Positions 20,790 through 33,252 of a DNA stretch of 64,000 nt are shown piece after piece. The notes below the pieces were generated by a model. It did no database searches and had not been told where the DNA came from. It worked only from the letters and a program-made list of their open reading frames with translations. A program made the translations under genes and the position numbers. The stretch is from positions 14,818,001 through 14,882,000 of the forward strand of contig JBHGNT010000007.1 of the NCBI GenBank assembly GCA_043228905.1, read 5' to 3'. This DNA comes from Azolla caroliniana (Eukaryota; Plantae; Polypodiophyta). How positions within the stretch are numbered: position 1 is the stretch's first letter; each line of letters opens with the position of its first letter.

Positions 20790-23700
20790 CTACAAATTCC
20801 ATGGCATACTATTGTAAATACATTCATACACATTAGCACCAACAGTGTATAAACCAGAGCAGCTATTGTATTCTGACATTGGGACGTTGATGCACCTGAC
20901 CAAATGAGAGTACATATACGCCGCTGGTTTGTCTTCTAACAGCCTGTACACATATTCGTAGTCATCTAGTTTTGCATAAAAAATGCCTTCGATGTAGAAT
21001 GTCCCGGCAGATACAAAATTTCCCCATGCATCTACAATATTCTGCCTTGCGCACTGTTTACTAACCGTGCACTTTAATATATAGAAATCAGCACCCTGTG
21101 AATTGCCTTCTTCAGCATTTACAGCGAAGTTATCCCCAACGTTCAGGACATCACTCAAAGTATCTCCAAGTCCCTCATATGTGAAGTCAGCAATCTGCCC
21201 TGTTTCTCCATCAACTGCTTCCTTATCATTCAGAGTGTGATACTCCCAATTTTGAATGTATGCTTTGTTTAGACAATATCTCCAATTTCCCTGCACACAA
21301 TGGAAGCAAAAACAAGTCAATTCTCTAACCGCAATACAATGACCATCCAACCTGGAATAACCGCGAACAGCATGCAGAGATCGCAATTCGGGAATTCCTT
21401 GGCACTCCCAGGTCTTCTCCCTATTTACTTCATCTATCTTCACTTCCCAAAATTCACGTTTGATATCTCGGACTTGCGAGGAATAAACACCTGTGGCACT
21501 CGTTGACATATTTGTTCTTAAAAATTCAACTACATGTGATGCACAATTCATGTGCACACCATCTGTCTTTAGTTGTTCATGGGTAAGTGCCTGCTTTATA
21601 ACAGCCCCTGCACCATCATGTTCACCTTTACCATGGCCAGACCCAAAAAAATTCCATCTCATCTCCAAACCTGTTATAGCAGGATACCTCCCCACAAAAT
21701 AAAATGGACGTCGAGCCTTGAATTGTGACGCAGCTCCGTCAGACCAGACCCAATGTTGAGTAAGCTCCAAACGTTGAGCTAATAACCACTGCCAATGTAA
21801 CTTAAAACAGTGTTGGACGAACAAGGTATCATGCTTCTTATCATCGGAAATAAAGAAATGAATTACTTTTTTAACATCACCTGAAACTCGAAAATATGTT
21901 ATGTGCACAAAAATGGTTACCTGAACTGAACACCAATGCATAGATTGAATTTCATTCTGCTGCTTGAAAGTATAATTCTCTGCGAAATCTACTACTAAGA
22001 CTACTACATCATTTGGGAAATCAGATATGCAAGTCTTAAACTGATGGGCCTGCCATGAATAAATGAAGTTGTGTTTAATGAACTTTCCTAGAGATACTAC
22101 AAACAGAGACACCAAATCCCTTGGTTTAAGCATCTTTCGAACTAGATCCTTTCTTTTACACACCTTTCCTTCGAAATTGGTGTTCACTGACTCAAATAAC
22201 TTCACAGAGATCAATATTTCACTACTCAATTCATTTGGACACCACCTAAATCTAGTAGGGCCACAATCTTGACATAAACCCATGACACATTTGCGTCAGT
22301 TTCTCTCGGACACAATATTGAATCTAATAAATAACTCATGGAAGAGATAACGTGCTCAGATGATTTACACTCCTCTTGCGGGCTTGATCGACAGATTGGG
22401 CACCCACATGTGCAAACTGTATTAGTTAGGGATGCGCTATGGTGACGTAGTAGATTAACAGAGTCCTTCAGAAAACCCATCTGTACATGGTAAATGCAAC
22501 AACATGTGTATCGATCCTTTAAGCGTCTCACAAAGTGTGGCTTAAGAGACTCGAATGTTCGTAGTTGAACTTTGATAATTGGATGCATTCGTTTGAACCT
22601 AATAAATAAATCGACCTGCGTAATAAAGGGGAATTAGTTATTCTCGTAACTAGCTAACTATCCTAGTAGCTAATTAGCTATTCTAGTAGCTAGTTAGCTA
22701 TTCTAGTAGCTAATTAGCTATCATGGTAGCTAATTAGCTGTCCTAGTAGCTAATTAGCTATCATGGTAGCTAATTAGCTATCATGGTAGCTAATTAGCTA
22801 TCATGGTAGCTAATTAGCTGTCCTAGTAGCTAATTAGCTGTCCTGGTAGCTAATTAGCTATCATGGTAGCTAATTAGCTGTCCTAGTAGCTAATTAGCTG
22901 TCCTAGTAGCTAATTAGTTGTCCTGGTAGCTAATTAGCTATCATGGTAGCTAATTAGTTGTCCTAGTAGCTAATTAGCTATCATGGTAGCTAATTAGCTA
23001 TTCTAGTAGCTAATTAGCTATCATGGTAGCTAATTAGATGTCGTAGTAGCTAATTAGCTATCATGGTAGCTAATTAGCTGTCCTAGTAGCTAATTAGTTG
23101 TCCTAGTAGCTAATTAGCTATCATGGTAGCTAATTAGCTGCTCTAGTAGCTAATTAGCTATCATGGTAGCTAATTAGCTATCATGGTGGCTAATTAGCTG
23201 TCCTAGTAACTAATTAGCTATCATGGTAGCTAATTAGCTGGTCTAGTAGCTAATTAGCTATAATGGTGGCTAATTAGCTATCCTAACTACTTAGCTATCA
23301 TGGTAGCTAATTAGCTATCATGGTGGCTAATTAGCTGTCCTAGTAACTAATTAGCTATCATGGTAGCTAATTAGCTATAATGGTGGCTAATTAGCTATCC
23401 TAACTAATTAGCTATCATGGTAGCGAATTAGCTGGTCTTGTAGCTAATTAGCTATCACGGTGGCTAATTAGCTGTCCTAGTAAGCTAATTAGCTATCATG
23501 GTAGCTAATTAGCTTTCCTAGTAGCTAATTAGCTGGTAATAACGAAATAACAAACTAGCTACCATGATAGCTAACTAGCTTCTAGTACAACTAATTATCT
23601 AGTAGTACCTAAATTAGCTATTGAGAATAGCTAATTAGCTATTGAGAATAGCTAATTAGCTATCATGGTAGTAGTTATTGAGAGTAGCCAGTTACCTATG

Positions 23701-24786
23701 TAGTAGCTATCATAGTAGCTAATTAGCTATCATGGTAGCTAATTAGCTTTCCTAGTAGCTAATTAGCTGGTAATAACGAAATAGCTAACTAGCTACCATG
23801 ATAGCTAACTAGCTAGCAGTACAGCTAATTATCTGGTAGTACCTAAATTAGCTATTGAGAATAGCTAATTAGCTATCATGGTAGTAACTATTGAGAGTAG
23901 CTAGTTACCTATGTAGTAGCTGTCCTAGTAGCTAACTGAGGTAAATGTAACTGATAAGCTAATTAGCTTTTCTGCTAACTGAGCTAATTAACTTTCCGAG
24001 TAGAGTCAAAACAAATGTTGAGATAAATGTAAATACCTGAGGTACATCAAGAAGATGAATGGGATGCTCCTCGTATTGATTTCTTCCAACACGTTTCCTG
24101 CATAAATCCTTTTTATTGGGTGAAACCCTACTCTCATTAGTCCAAAACATTGTGATTACATCCTTGATTTCAAATGTTATGGGTGTCATTGGCTTACATC
24201 TTGTAGTTAGCTTTAGTAGACTAGTTCCTTCACCCGAGGAAATTATACGGTTCATTGTATTGTACACTGTTTTTCTACTAACACCAATTACCTTAGATAG
24301 CTCACTGATGTTTATATCATCAACATCACTATTAAGTAACATCATTAGACTAGACCTTTTTAAGACAAGATCATCTTCTGACCTGCTCATGGATACGAAA
24401 CTATTACGAAGATTATTTACTAAAATAGATGATATGTTTGCATTAAGACCATCACAATCAACTAAGTCCTTTATCGATGGATCATTACATATTCCATAAA
24501 GTACTACCTTCTTTTCTTCATTGCTGATGTGCTTGGTTTGAACATTGAAATAGTCTACAACCTTTCTCTCTATGATGGTAGTCGCATTACTTACATTCTC
24601 AGCTAAACTATCCTTACCTTTACTGAGTGTGGCTTTCGTATCCTTCAACAATTGACGATGTTTCCTTTTTTTTTCTGCCCAATAGTTTCGTATGGCTTGT
24701 TGTGTCCTGATAACATCATCCCTATCCTTATGATCATTGAGGGGTAATTCTAAACACCCTTCTTCCCCTTCCATTTGGCTGGACAT
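20790..24786 (-). pseudogene. Sola2-like DDD transposase, two exons (24786-24037 and 22615-20790), one frameshift near 22285
   Basis: VDFAENY, EIQSMHW, ISDDKKHD, WSDGAASQFK, WNFFGSGHGKGEHDG; Cys-rich N- and C-terminal parts; phase-0 intron CAG|GTATTT...CGCAG|GTC. Confidence 0.85.
22650..23985. repeat. Palindromic satellite array 2 (20-bp period) in the transposase intron
   Basis: (TCATGGTAGCTAATTAGCTA / TCCTAGTAGCTAATTAGCTG)n in exact 20-bp register from 22661 to 23280. Confidence 0.95.
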
Positions 24787-25121
24787 GTTAAAACCCTAAA
24801 TTTCCAGAACAAAAAACAAGTATTAAAGATGGCTATGGGCAACAACAATACACAAAAATATTCCACACAATACACAAGATTAGACACAACAATACACAAG
24901 ATAATCAATAGACAGAAAAGTTATTGCAATCCAAGACCGAACAGTAGAGGATTTCACTCCGTTGGATCCAACAGTTGAGGAGGCGATCCAAGACCGACCA
25001 ATGGCAACAACTGAGTGTAGAATGTTGCCGTTGGATGAGTGAACTCCGTCAAATCGAAATGTGGAAGCAATCCGGGACTGGACAGTAGTGGCAACTGAGT
25101 ATAGAATGATGGCAATGGAGG

Positions 25122-25858
25122 AGAGAACCCCGTCAGATTGAACAGTTACCGATGATGCTTGAAACGCACATAGAAGGCACTTGAGAATAGAGTGGCATAG
25201 AGAAGAGAACCCCGTCAGATTGAACAGTTACCAATGATGCTTGAAACGCACAGTAGCGGCCCCTGAGTGAGAGTGGAAAAGAGAAGAGAACCCCGTCAGA
25301 TTGACTAGCTCTTTGATTATGCTTGGAACGCACAGTAGCAGCCCCTGAGTGTAGAGTGGCAAAGAGAAGAGAACCCCGTCAGATTGAACAGCTCTTTGAT
25401 GATTCTTGGAACGCACAGCAGCGGCCCCTGAGTGTAGAGTGGCATAGAGAAGAGAACCCCCTCAGATTGAACAACTCTTTGATGATGCTTGGAACGCACA
25501 GTAATGGCCCCTGAGTGTAGAGTGGAACAGAGAAGAGAACCCCCTCAAATTGAACAGCTCTTTGATGATGCTTGGAACGCACAGTAATGGCCTCTGAGTG
25601 TAGAGTGTCACAGAGAAGAGAACCCCGTCAGATTGAGCAGCTCTTTGATGATGCTTGGAACGCACAGTAGCGGCCCCTGAGTGTAGAGTGGCACACAGAA
25701 GAGAACCCCGTCAGATTGAACAGCTCTTTGATGATGCTTGGAATGCACAGTAGTGGCCCCTGAGTGTAGAGTGTCACAGAGAAGAGAACCCCGTCAGATT
25801 GAGCAGCTCTTTGATGATGCTTGGAACGCACAGTAGCGGCCCCTCAGTGTAGAGTGGC
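25122..25858. repeat. 83-bp tandem repeat, about 9 copies, upstream of the transposase
   Basis: GAGAACCCCGTCAGATTGAACAG..TGATGCTTGGAACGCACAG..GAGTGTAGAGTGG recurs every 81-83 bp. Confidence 0.93.
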
Positions 25859-26186
25859 GGCAGGTGGACTCGATAGGGTTTAGCAGCAGTGGTAGCAACT
25901 AACCCACAGTACTCAACTAGAGATGGCCTACGTGATGTGGCAAAGGATCATGCATAATGGACCTAGGAATTCGATATATAATTTATGGTACACATTTATG
26001 GTGCACACATCAATTTATGTTGCACATTTATGGCACTCATTTACATATGTAATTAAAACACTCTAGTATTTTCAATGGTAGTTTTTTGCATACTTAATTT
26101 ATTAATGATGGCTTTTTACTAAAATGACTATTTATCAATGGTAGCTTTTTGCATAGCTAATTAGCTATGTCAAGGACATAGCTAAT

Positions 26187-26211
26187 TGTTTCCACTCGCA
26201 TGCTTTCACCG
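26187..26211 (-). repeat. Right TIR
   Basis: Reverse complement is CGGTGAAAGCATGCGAGTGGAAACA. Confidence 0.88.
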
Positions 26212-26215
26212 ATAT

Positions 26216-26723
26216 GTGTCTCCAATTCGGCTCCGGAAGACCTCAACTTGACGGTTTCACCGACTCGGACATGTCGGCTGATGTGGATACCAACCGGTCT
26301 ACATCCGGGTCTGTAATGACATATGCAGGGGGAGTTGTCTCGTGGCAGTCAAGGCTGCAGAAGATGGTTGCATTGTCAACCACGGAGGCGAAGGACATGG
26401 CGGCTGTGGAAGCCGGCAAGGAAACATTATGGATGAAGGACTTCATCGGAGAGCTCGGTATCCGGCAAGATGAATACCGACTCTATTGAGACAGTCAAAG
26501 TGTCATCCATCTTGCTAAGAATGCGGCCTACCATTCCCGGACGAAGCATATCCAGCGAAGATATCACTGGATCCGGGAAAGAGTAGATGACCAGGAGTTC
26601 GCACTGTCGAAGATCCACACGGCCGAGAACGGGTCAGATATGCTGACCAAAGTTCTGATACTCGACAAGCTGGATGCATGCCAGAAGCGGATCAGACTGC
26701 TAAGACACCCCATGCCGGAGTGA
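26216..26723 (+). pseudogene. pol: Copia A RNase H (continuation of pol)
   Basis: GFTDSDMSAD..SWQSRLQ..STTEA; stop at 26489; ends HPMPE before the PPT. Confidence 0.92.
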
Positions 26724-26733
26724 AGGGGGAGTT

Positions 26734-27157
26734 TGTTGGGAGACAGGTCCCTCTGGATGGGAAGAGAGAAGAACAGTGCCGATGAACAGCCTCGGCCGAA
26801 ACCGGATGAGGAGTACCCGGCTACGGAGAGCCGGATGACGCAGACCCGGTGAGAACCGAATGAGGAGTACCCGGCTACGGAGAGCCGGATGGTGAAGACC
26901 CGGTGAGATCCGGATGAGGAGTACCCGGCTACGGAGATCCGGATGGTGCAGACCCGGTGAGATCCGGATGAGGAGTACCAGGTTACGGAGAGCCGGATGG
27001 TGCAGACCCGGTGAGAACTGGATGAGGAGTACCCGGCTACGGAGAGCCGGATGGTGCAGACCCGGTGAGAACCGGATGAAGAGACATATTAGTAAATATG
27101 TTTCTAAGAGTCCATCGAGGCTATATTTGTAAATAGCCGAAAAGTCATATTAGTATA
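26734..27157 (+). repeat. Copia A 3' LTR, U3 part with ~54-bp tandem repeats
   Basis: Starts TGTTGGG after the PPT; (GATGAGGAGTACCCGGCTACGGAGAGCCGGATGGTGCAGACCCGGTGAGA) x5. Confidence 0.9.
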
Positions 27158-30100
27158 TCTAGAAAGTAGCGTGCGGAAGCAGATATGAAGACGGAACAGA
27201 AGGAAGGAAACTCAGGTTCAATGGAGAGCTTGAGCTTACACGGTATACGTGGGAGAGACAGAGAGAGTGAGAGAAGACACAAAAAATATGTTCAACAATA
27301 ATACTCAGTCTGTACATAAGACGTGCTCAGTGAACACTTTTATACAAGTCCTAGAAGGACTGACCGAAGTACTGACAGTACTTCAATGCTCATCAAGAGC
27401 TCCTACACTAACTCCCAAATATATTCCTCACGGAATATCTTTCCTAACGACCTCCCGGTTTACGCACTCGGCCTAACCGATCGGTCCCGACTGATCCGGT
27501 CCTCGGCTTCTTCAGCCGATCCGGCCGATATTGAGCTTGTCTCTCAACACTCCCCCTCAAGCCCAACTTGAGGCTCTTCGGGATCTTCACAACACCGGTT
27601 CCTCCTGGCTTCTCGCCTCGCTTGCGCTCCTCGACCTGTTCGACTCCGCGCGCTTCGACCGTTCCGGTCGGCTTGTCTGCTCATGCGGCCCTTATCAGCT
27701 CTTCTACTGTTGCGGTGTTGACGCTTCTCCTGCTGCCTTTTCTTCCGCTTGGGCCTCGGTTGATTCAGCATATCTGAATCAAACATCCGAACTGACTCGG
27801 CTTCCTCCGATCGGTTTTCGCTCTCGTCCGAGTTGGCTGTCTCCAACTCGTCTTCGGTCTTCTCATCCTCGATGGCGTCATCTCCCCCATGCGTGGTTGG
27901 CTTCGGCTCTCTCCTTCGGTCGCTCCCCTTCTGTCCGCTTTCGGACTTTTCCGTGGGTCCGCCCTCGGCTTCTTCAGCCGATCCGAAGTCGAACTCGACA
28001 ACCGAGTCAAACGACTCGGTGGTGTCGCGGTCTCCGCTCCTTTCATGCTGCCTTGCTTGGTCGTTCGGGACTGTTCTCCCTCTCAAGTTCGGCACGTCGA
28101 GGTGACGCAACCCGAGTGCACCTGAGAATTGCCGCAACTTGTCCAGACCAAGAGACTTGGTGAAGATGTCGGCAGTCTGCCGATCCGTCGGAACGTACTG
28201 AAGTTCGACTTCACCGGAAAGGACACGCTCACGGACGAAATAGTAGTGCACCTCAATGTGCTTGGTCCGTGCGTGGAAAACGGGGTTCTTCGCGAGCTGG
28301 ATGCTGCTGAGGTTGTCATAGTAGATCGTCGTCGGATCTGACACCTCCACCTGCAGGTCCTTAAGTAACCGCTTCAACCATATGGCTTTGCATGTCGCGA
28401 CAGCCGTTCCTCGGTACTCAGCTTCGGTGCTCGGCAGTGCAACTGTCGGCTGCTTCTTACTGCTCCACGCGATCGCGGCACTCCCGAGGGAGAACGCGTA
28501 TCCAGAAGTGGATCGACGATCGGCGGCATTGCCAGCCCAATCAGCATCGGTGTAGCCAACTAACTGCGCGGCTTCACCAGTCCGATATAGCAGTCCTAAG
28601 TCCTTAGTGCCACTTACGTACTGCAGTACGCGTTGCGCACACTGAAGGTACTCGGTAGGTCGCGCCATGAACTGACTGATCACCCCGACCGGATAACTAA
28701 GGTCGGGTCGGGTGATGGTCAAGTATATGAGGCTTCCAACAATTTGTCGGAACCTCGTCGGGTCGCATACCTTTCCCGTATCAGGACGAAGCTTGACACT
28801 TCTGTCCAGAGGAGTCGAGACGGACTTACAGTCGGCCATCCCGAATTTGAAGAGCATACTCAGCACGTAATGGCGTTGGTTGATCAATATGCCTTCGGGG
28901 GTACGGATCACTTCGATCCTGAGGAAGTAATGAAGGTCCCTAGATCCTTCATGTCGAACGATGCCGCAAGTTGGAGCTTCACGCGGTCGATTTCACCTAG
29001 GTCGGCGCCGGTGATGACCAAGTCATCAACATATAGTAGAATACTAACCGGTCCGAGTCGACCTTTCCGGATGAACAGGGAGGAGTCCGATTTTGACGCG
29101 ACGAAGCCCATCCGACGCAGTTGTTGCGTGATCTTCGCGTTCCAGGCACGCGGAGCTTGCTTCAGTTCGTAAAGGGACTTCTTCAGTCGGCATACTGCCG
29201 AGGAGTTCGTTCCAAAGTGAAATCCGGGGGGTTGTACCATGTACACCTGTTCCTCAAGGTCACCTTGCAAGAACGCATTCTTTACATCCATCTGATGTAA
29301 GTGCCACCCCTTGGCCGCGGCTACTGCGAGCAAAACACGGACGGTCGTCATTTTCGCGACCGGCGCAAACGTCTCATCGTAGTCGATGTCGTGTTTCTGC
29401 GCGTAGCCCTTTGCCACTAGCCGAGCCTTGTACCAGTTAACGGAGCCATCGGTGTTGTACTTGACCTTATGCACCCACCTACACCCGATCGGTTTTACCC
29501 CTGTTGGTGCGTCAACCAGGTCCCAGGTCTCGTTCTCAGCCAATGCGTGCATCTCTTCCTCCATCGCGGCACGCCAACTCGCGTCTTTAGCCGCTTCTGC
29601 GTAGCTCTCCGGCTCACGCACTTCCGCTACACGGGTCATGTACGCATAATGATGCGCCATGTACTCGTTGTATCCGAACCGCAAGACAGGGTTCTTCTGG
29701 CGGGTAGATCGGCGTAATCTCACATTAGCCGATGTCGAGGCCTTCTCGGTCGACGCGGTCTTCACCTTTAAAGACCCGTCACCGGTTCCCTCGGAGTCGG
29801 ACTCGCGTCAGTCTGACTCGTTCTTATCCGTGCCGTAATCCGACACCTTCTTCTTCCCTTTCTCTTTGCACGTAAGCCGTCTCCTCGGCTTCCTGCGCGG
29901 GGAATGCACGGCCGAGTCTCCACTACTCGCCGGCTCTTCATCGGACTGGTCGTATCGACTCAGTCGTCCAATCGGTCCACTTAACCAGAGTGAAATCGGA
30001 CTCTCTTCGCGGGTCTCGATTTCGGGCTCATCCGGAGGCATCTAGGCCTCGCTGACCTCATTGTCAGAGCTCGGATTGGAGTCGGGGTTCCGAGTCGGGG

Positions 30101-32861
30101 GCTGGTACTAGGACGCGGACTCGTCAAACATAACGTCGCGGCTAACACGCGCTTGTTTGGTGCGAGGGTTATAGCACTTATAACCCTTCTGCTCATCTGA
30201 GTAACCGACCAAGATGCATTTCTTGGTCTTTGTGTCCAACTTCCTCCTTTTCTCCTTTGGTACATGCACATACGCAATGCTACCGAACACTCTCAAGTGT
30301 CGTAAGTTCGGCTTCGTTCCGAAATATAGCTCGTGCGCCGACACTTTATCTCCGATCCGGTTCTGGATGTATACCGCGGTCCTTACCGTCTCGGCCCAGT
30401 AGAACTTGGGCAAGCTCTTCTCCTCCAGCATTGCCCGTGCTGCTTCCACAATCGACCGATTCTTCCTCTCGGCCACGTCGTTCTGCTCCGGCGTGTATCT
30501 ACAACTGAATTCGCGCCGAATCCCCATTTGTTGTAGATAACCATTGAATTGGCCGGAAAAGTACTCTTTCCCGCCATCCGACCGCAGACACTTGATCTTT
30601 CGTCCCGTTTCCTTTTCCACGAACCCTTTGAGGTCCCGAAAACAGTCGAAGACTTCGCTCTTCCTCTCAATGAGGTAGATCCATGTGTGCCGCGTGTGGT
30701 CATCGATGAAGGAGACAAAATATCGGCTCCCGCCAAGACTAACGTTTTGTGCCGGCCCCCATACATCGGAGTGTATAAGGTCGAGCTTGTTCCGGCTCCG
30801 GTTTCGCTCGTTGGGGAAAGGAAGTCGGTGTTGCTTCCCGAGCTGGCAGGCTTCACAAATTTGTGCCTTTCGACCACTAAATTTGGGCAATCCGAACACT
30901 ACCTGTTTCGATTGCAGATCTTGAAGCCGTTGGTGGTTGACGTGGCCTATCCGCTTGTGCCACGAGTCGATGTCCGACTCGGTTTTTTGTCCCTTCGCGA
31001 ACATTGCGGTGCTGCCGTCAGTGGAGTCGAGGATGAACATCCTCCCGTCTCTACGCCCTTGCGCAATCACACGGCCTTCTTCCTCAATGAAGCACCCGAG
31101 GTGTGTAAACCGAACCTCCATCCCTTGGTCGACGATCTGTCCGACCGAGACCAAGTTTTTCATGATTGTCGGGACGTGCATCACGTTCATGAGTTTCCCT
31201 TTCTGCCCGACATGGCTAAGGGGAACTTCTCTGAAATTCACGATCGGATGCAGAGTGTCGTCTCTAGTTGCGACTACTCCAGGTTGTATCGGTTTTTCAA
31301 GGTACTAGAACCACTCCTTATGGCTCGTCATGTGGTTTGACACGCCGGAGTCTACGTACCACACCTCGTCCGATCTCGGGGTGGTCTGCTTCATTGAGTT
31401 TGCTTCGTGTCTCATCACGAAGACAGACCCTTCTCCGGCTCTCCCGGAGTCTTCGGCGTAGTGCGATCGCTGTCGATTTCCCTTGTCGGTATGTCCGGGG
31501 CCGTTTTTGGAACCGGTTCTCTCCGAATTGGCGCGCTTCTTCCAGCACTCACTTTCCCTGTGGCCTTTCTTGCCATAGTACCAACACTCCGCGATGGCCT
31601 TCCCTTGCCGGTACTCATCGCTTCGACTCCCCCTATTTCCGGAGGGTCCGGAGTTGATGTCGGCATCACTTCGGTGCCTTCTTCGTTGATCTCGTCGGCC
31701 GCCTCCATTGCGCGCCGACTCGCCTCGTCCTCCACGTCCACGGGGCCTATCTCCCTCCGTGTACAACATTCTGTTGTCGGTGTGCATGCTTGTAGACGCA
31801 CCCGCGTGGTTCTCCTCTACCAGGAGCATCGACTGTAAGTCGAAAAAGGACGGCGTATTCTCCCGGGTACACACAGCCGTTCGGAACGCTCCGAACTTCG
31901 ACGCCAAACCTCCGAGACAGATCTGGACCATCTCGCTCTCCTCGATGTTCACCTCTATGGAGGCGAGGGAGTCGCAGATATCCTTGATCTTTGAGGTACA
32001 GTCCGTCACCGACAAGTCGCGTTGTCGTAGGTTGCTCAACTCCTGTCGGAGCTGAAGCTTCCTGGCTGTGGTGCTCGCGGCGAAAATCTTCTTCAGATTT
32101 TCCCATGCACCCTTTGGCGTCTTTGCATCCCGAACATAGCTCAATAGTTGTTCGCCCACACACGACGCGAAGCAGTACAATACCCTGCTCGCCGATTGCT
32201 CCCACGACGGGAAGTCTCTGTGTGTCGATTCGGGTGCCGCGTCATTAGCTCCTTCGACATAACTCCAGTAGTCGTGCCCGAGCAGGTACTGGTGCATCTT
32301 GTAGGACCAAGACACGTAGTTGGTTCTGTCGAGCTTCTCTGTTGGAAGCGAGCTCTATCCATCGTTCTTCTCTGTTGGAAGCCATGCCTCTATCCATCGT
32401 TCTTCTCGTTCTTCTTCGTCAAGCTGTGTTGGCTTCAGAGAGGTTCTCAACCCTCGCGCTCTGATACCATGTAGAAAGTAGCGTGCGAAAGCAGATATGA
32501 AGACGGAACAGAAGGAAGGAAACTCGGGTTCAATGGAGAGCTTGAGCTTACAGGGTATACGCGGGAGAGACAGAGAGAGTGAGAGAAGACACAAAAAATA
32601 TGTTCAACAATAATACTCAGTTTGTACATAAGACGTGCTCAGTGAACACTTTTATACAAGTCCTAGAAGGACTGACCAAAGTACTGACATTACTTCAATG
32701 CTCATCAAGAGCTCCTACACTAACTCCCAAATATATTCCACACGGAATATCTATCCTAATGACTTCCCGGTTTACGCACTCGGCCTAACCGATCGGTCCC
32801 AACCGATCTGGTCCTCAGCTTCTTTAGCCGATCCGGCCGATGTTGAGCTTATCTCTCAATA
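27158..32861 (-). mobile_element. Copia B, full-length but degenerate
   Basis: 392-bp LTRs 27158-27549 and 32470-32861; PBS-Met 32458-32469; PPT 27550-27558; TSD GTATA at 27153-27157 and 32862-32866. Confidence 0.95.
27544..32397 (-). pseudogene. gag-pol: Copia B gag-pol with frameshifts and stops, and a long charged C-terminal tail
   Basis: WYVDSGVSNH, WHKRIGH..CEAC, SDGGKEY, YVDDL, YTDADWAG. Confidence 0.93.
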
Positions 32862-33252
32862 GTATAAATATGACTTAGGGAAAACTTTTAGTAAAACCGT
32901 TGTTGTCATTTTCTTGTTGATGCAAGAAGAAGAGAGAGCACGTAACAGTGTACAGAGAGAGAGAGAGAGAGAGAAAGAGGTCGTTGCCTCTGTTGTAACC
33001 GCCGCCTGTGGCGAAGATCGTGAGAAAGAGGTCGTTGCCTCCGTGAACTCACTGTTTGTACATTCCTATATAGTGATAGTTTGCAGCCTGTGGGCTACCG
33101 TGGTTTTTCCCTGAGTTTGGGTTTTCCACGTAAACATCTTGTGTACCTTTTCTCTCCTTTGTGTCGTGTTTTTCCGTTTCCTGTTTTCTGTGTATGATTC
33201 TAAGCTTGGTTGTGGCCGAGCGTTGTGCATAAGGAGCGTTGAGTTCTCGTCA
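32862..33252 (+). repeat. Copia A 3' LTR, R-U5 part
   Basis: Resumes at the TATA box; matches 782-1089. Confidence 0.92.

Larger units (their letters stand above)
4657..26211. mobile_element. Large TIR DNA transposon, Sola2-like, about 11.4 kb net of the nested Copia, carrying cargo gene(s)
   Basis: TIRs 4657-4681 and 26187-26211 match at 22/25. ATAT TSD at 4653-4656 and 26212-26215; removing the element restores the Copia frame GTSNMCLQF. Internal DDD transposase. Confidence 0.88.
782..33252 (+). mobile_element. Copia A (Tnt1-like), degenerate, host to three nested insertions
   Basis: LTR part 782-1089 matches 32940-33252. PBS-Met 1092-1103, gag-PR-IN-RT-RH order, PPT at about 26722-26731. 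Confidence 0.92.

Noticed and set aside
22661-23280. Repeat-spacer array (constant palindrome with variable 6-mers)
   Set aside because: The linkers are only a few recurring variants (TCATGG, TCCTAG), consistent with satellite turnover
25122-25858. CRISPR-like array
   Set aside because: Whole 83-bp units repeat with no unique spacers; no cas genes; eukaryotic context
4657-26211. CACTA, Mutator, hAT, piggyBac or Helitron assignment
   Set aside because: No CACTA termini, TSD is 4-bp ATAT rather than 3, 8 or 9 bp or TTAA, no Rep/helicase; transposase motifs fit Sola2 better
30549-31838. Long antisense ORFs over Copia and Gypsy coding regions (here and throughout)
   Set aside because: Expected shadows of GC-rich coding sequence; no recognisable domains
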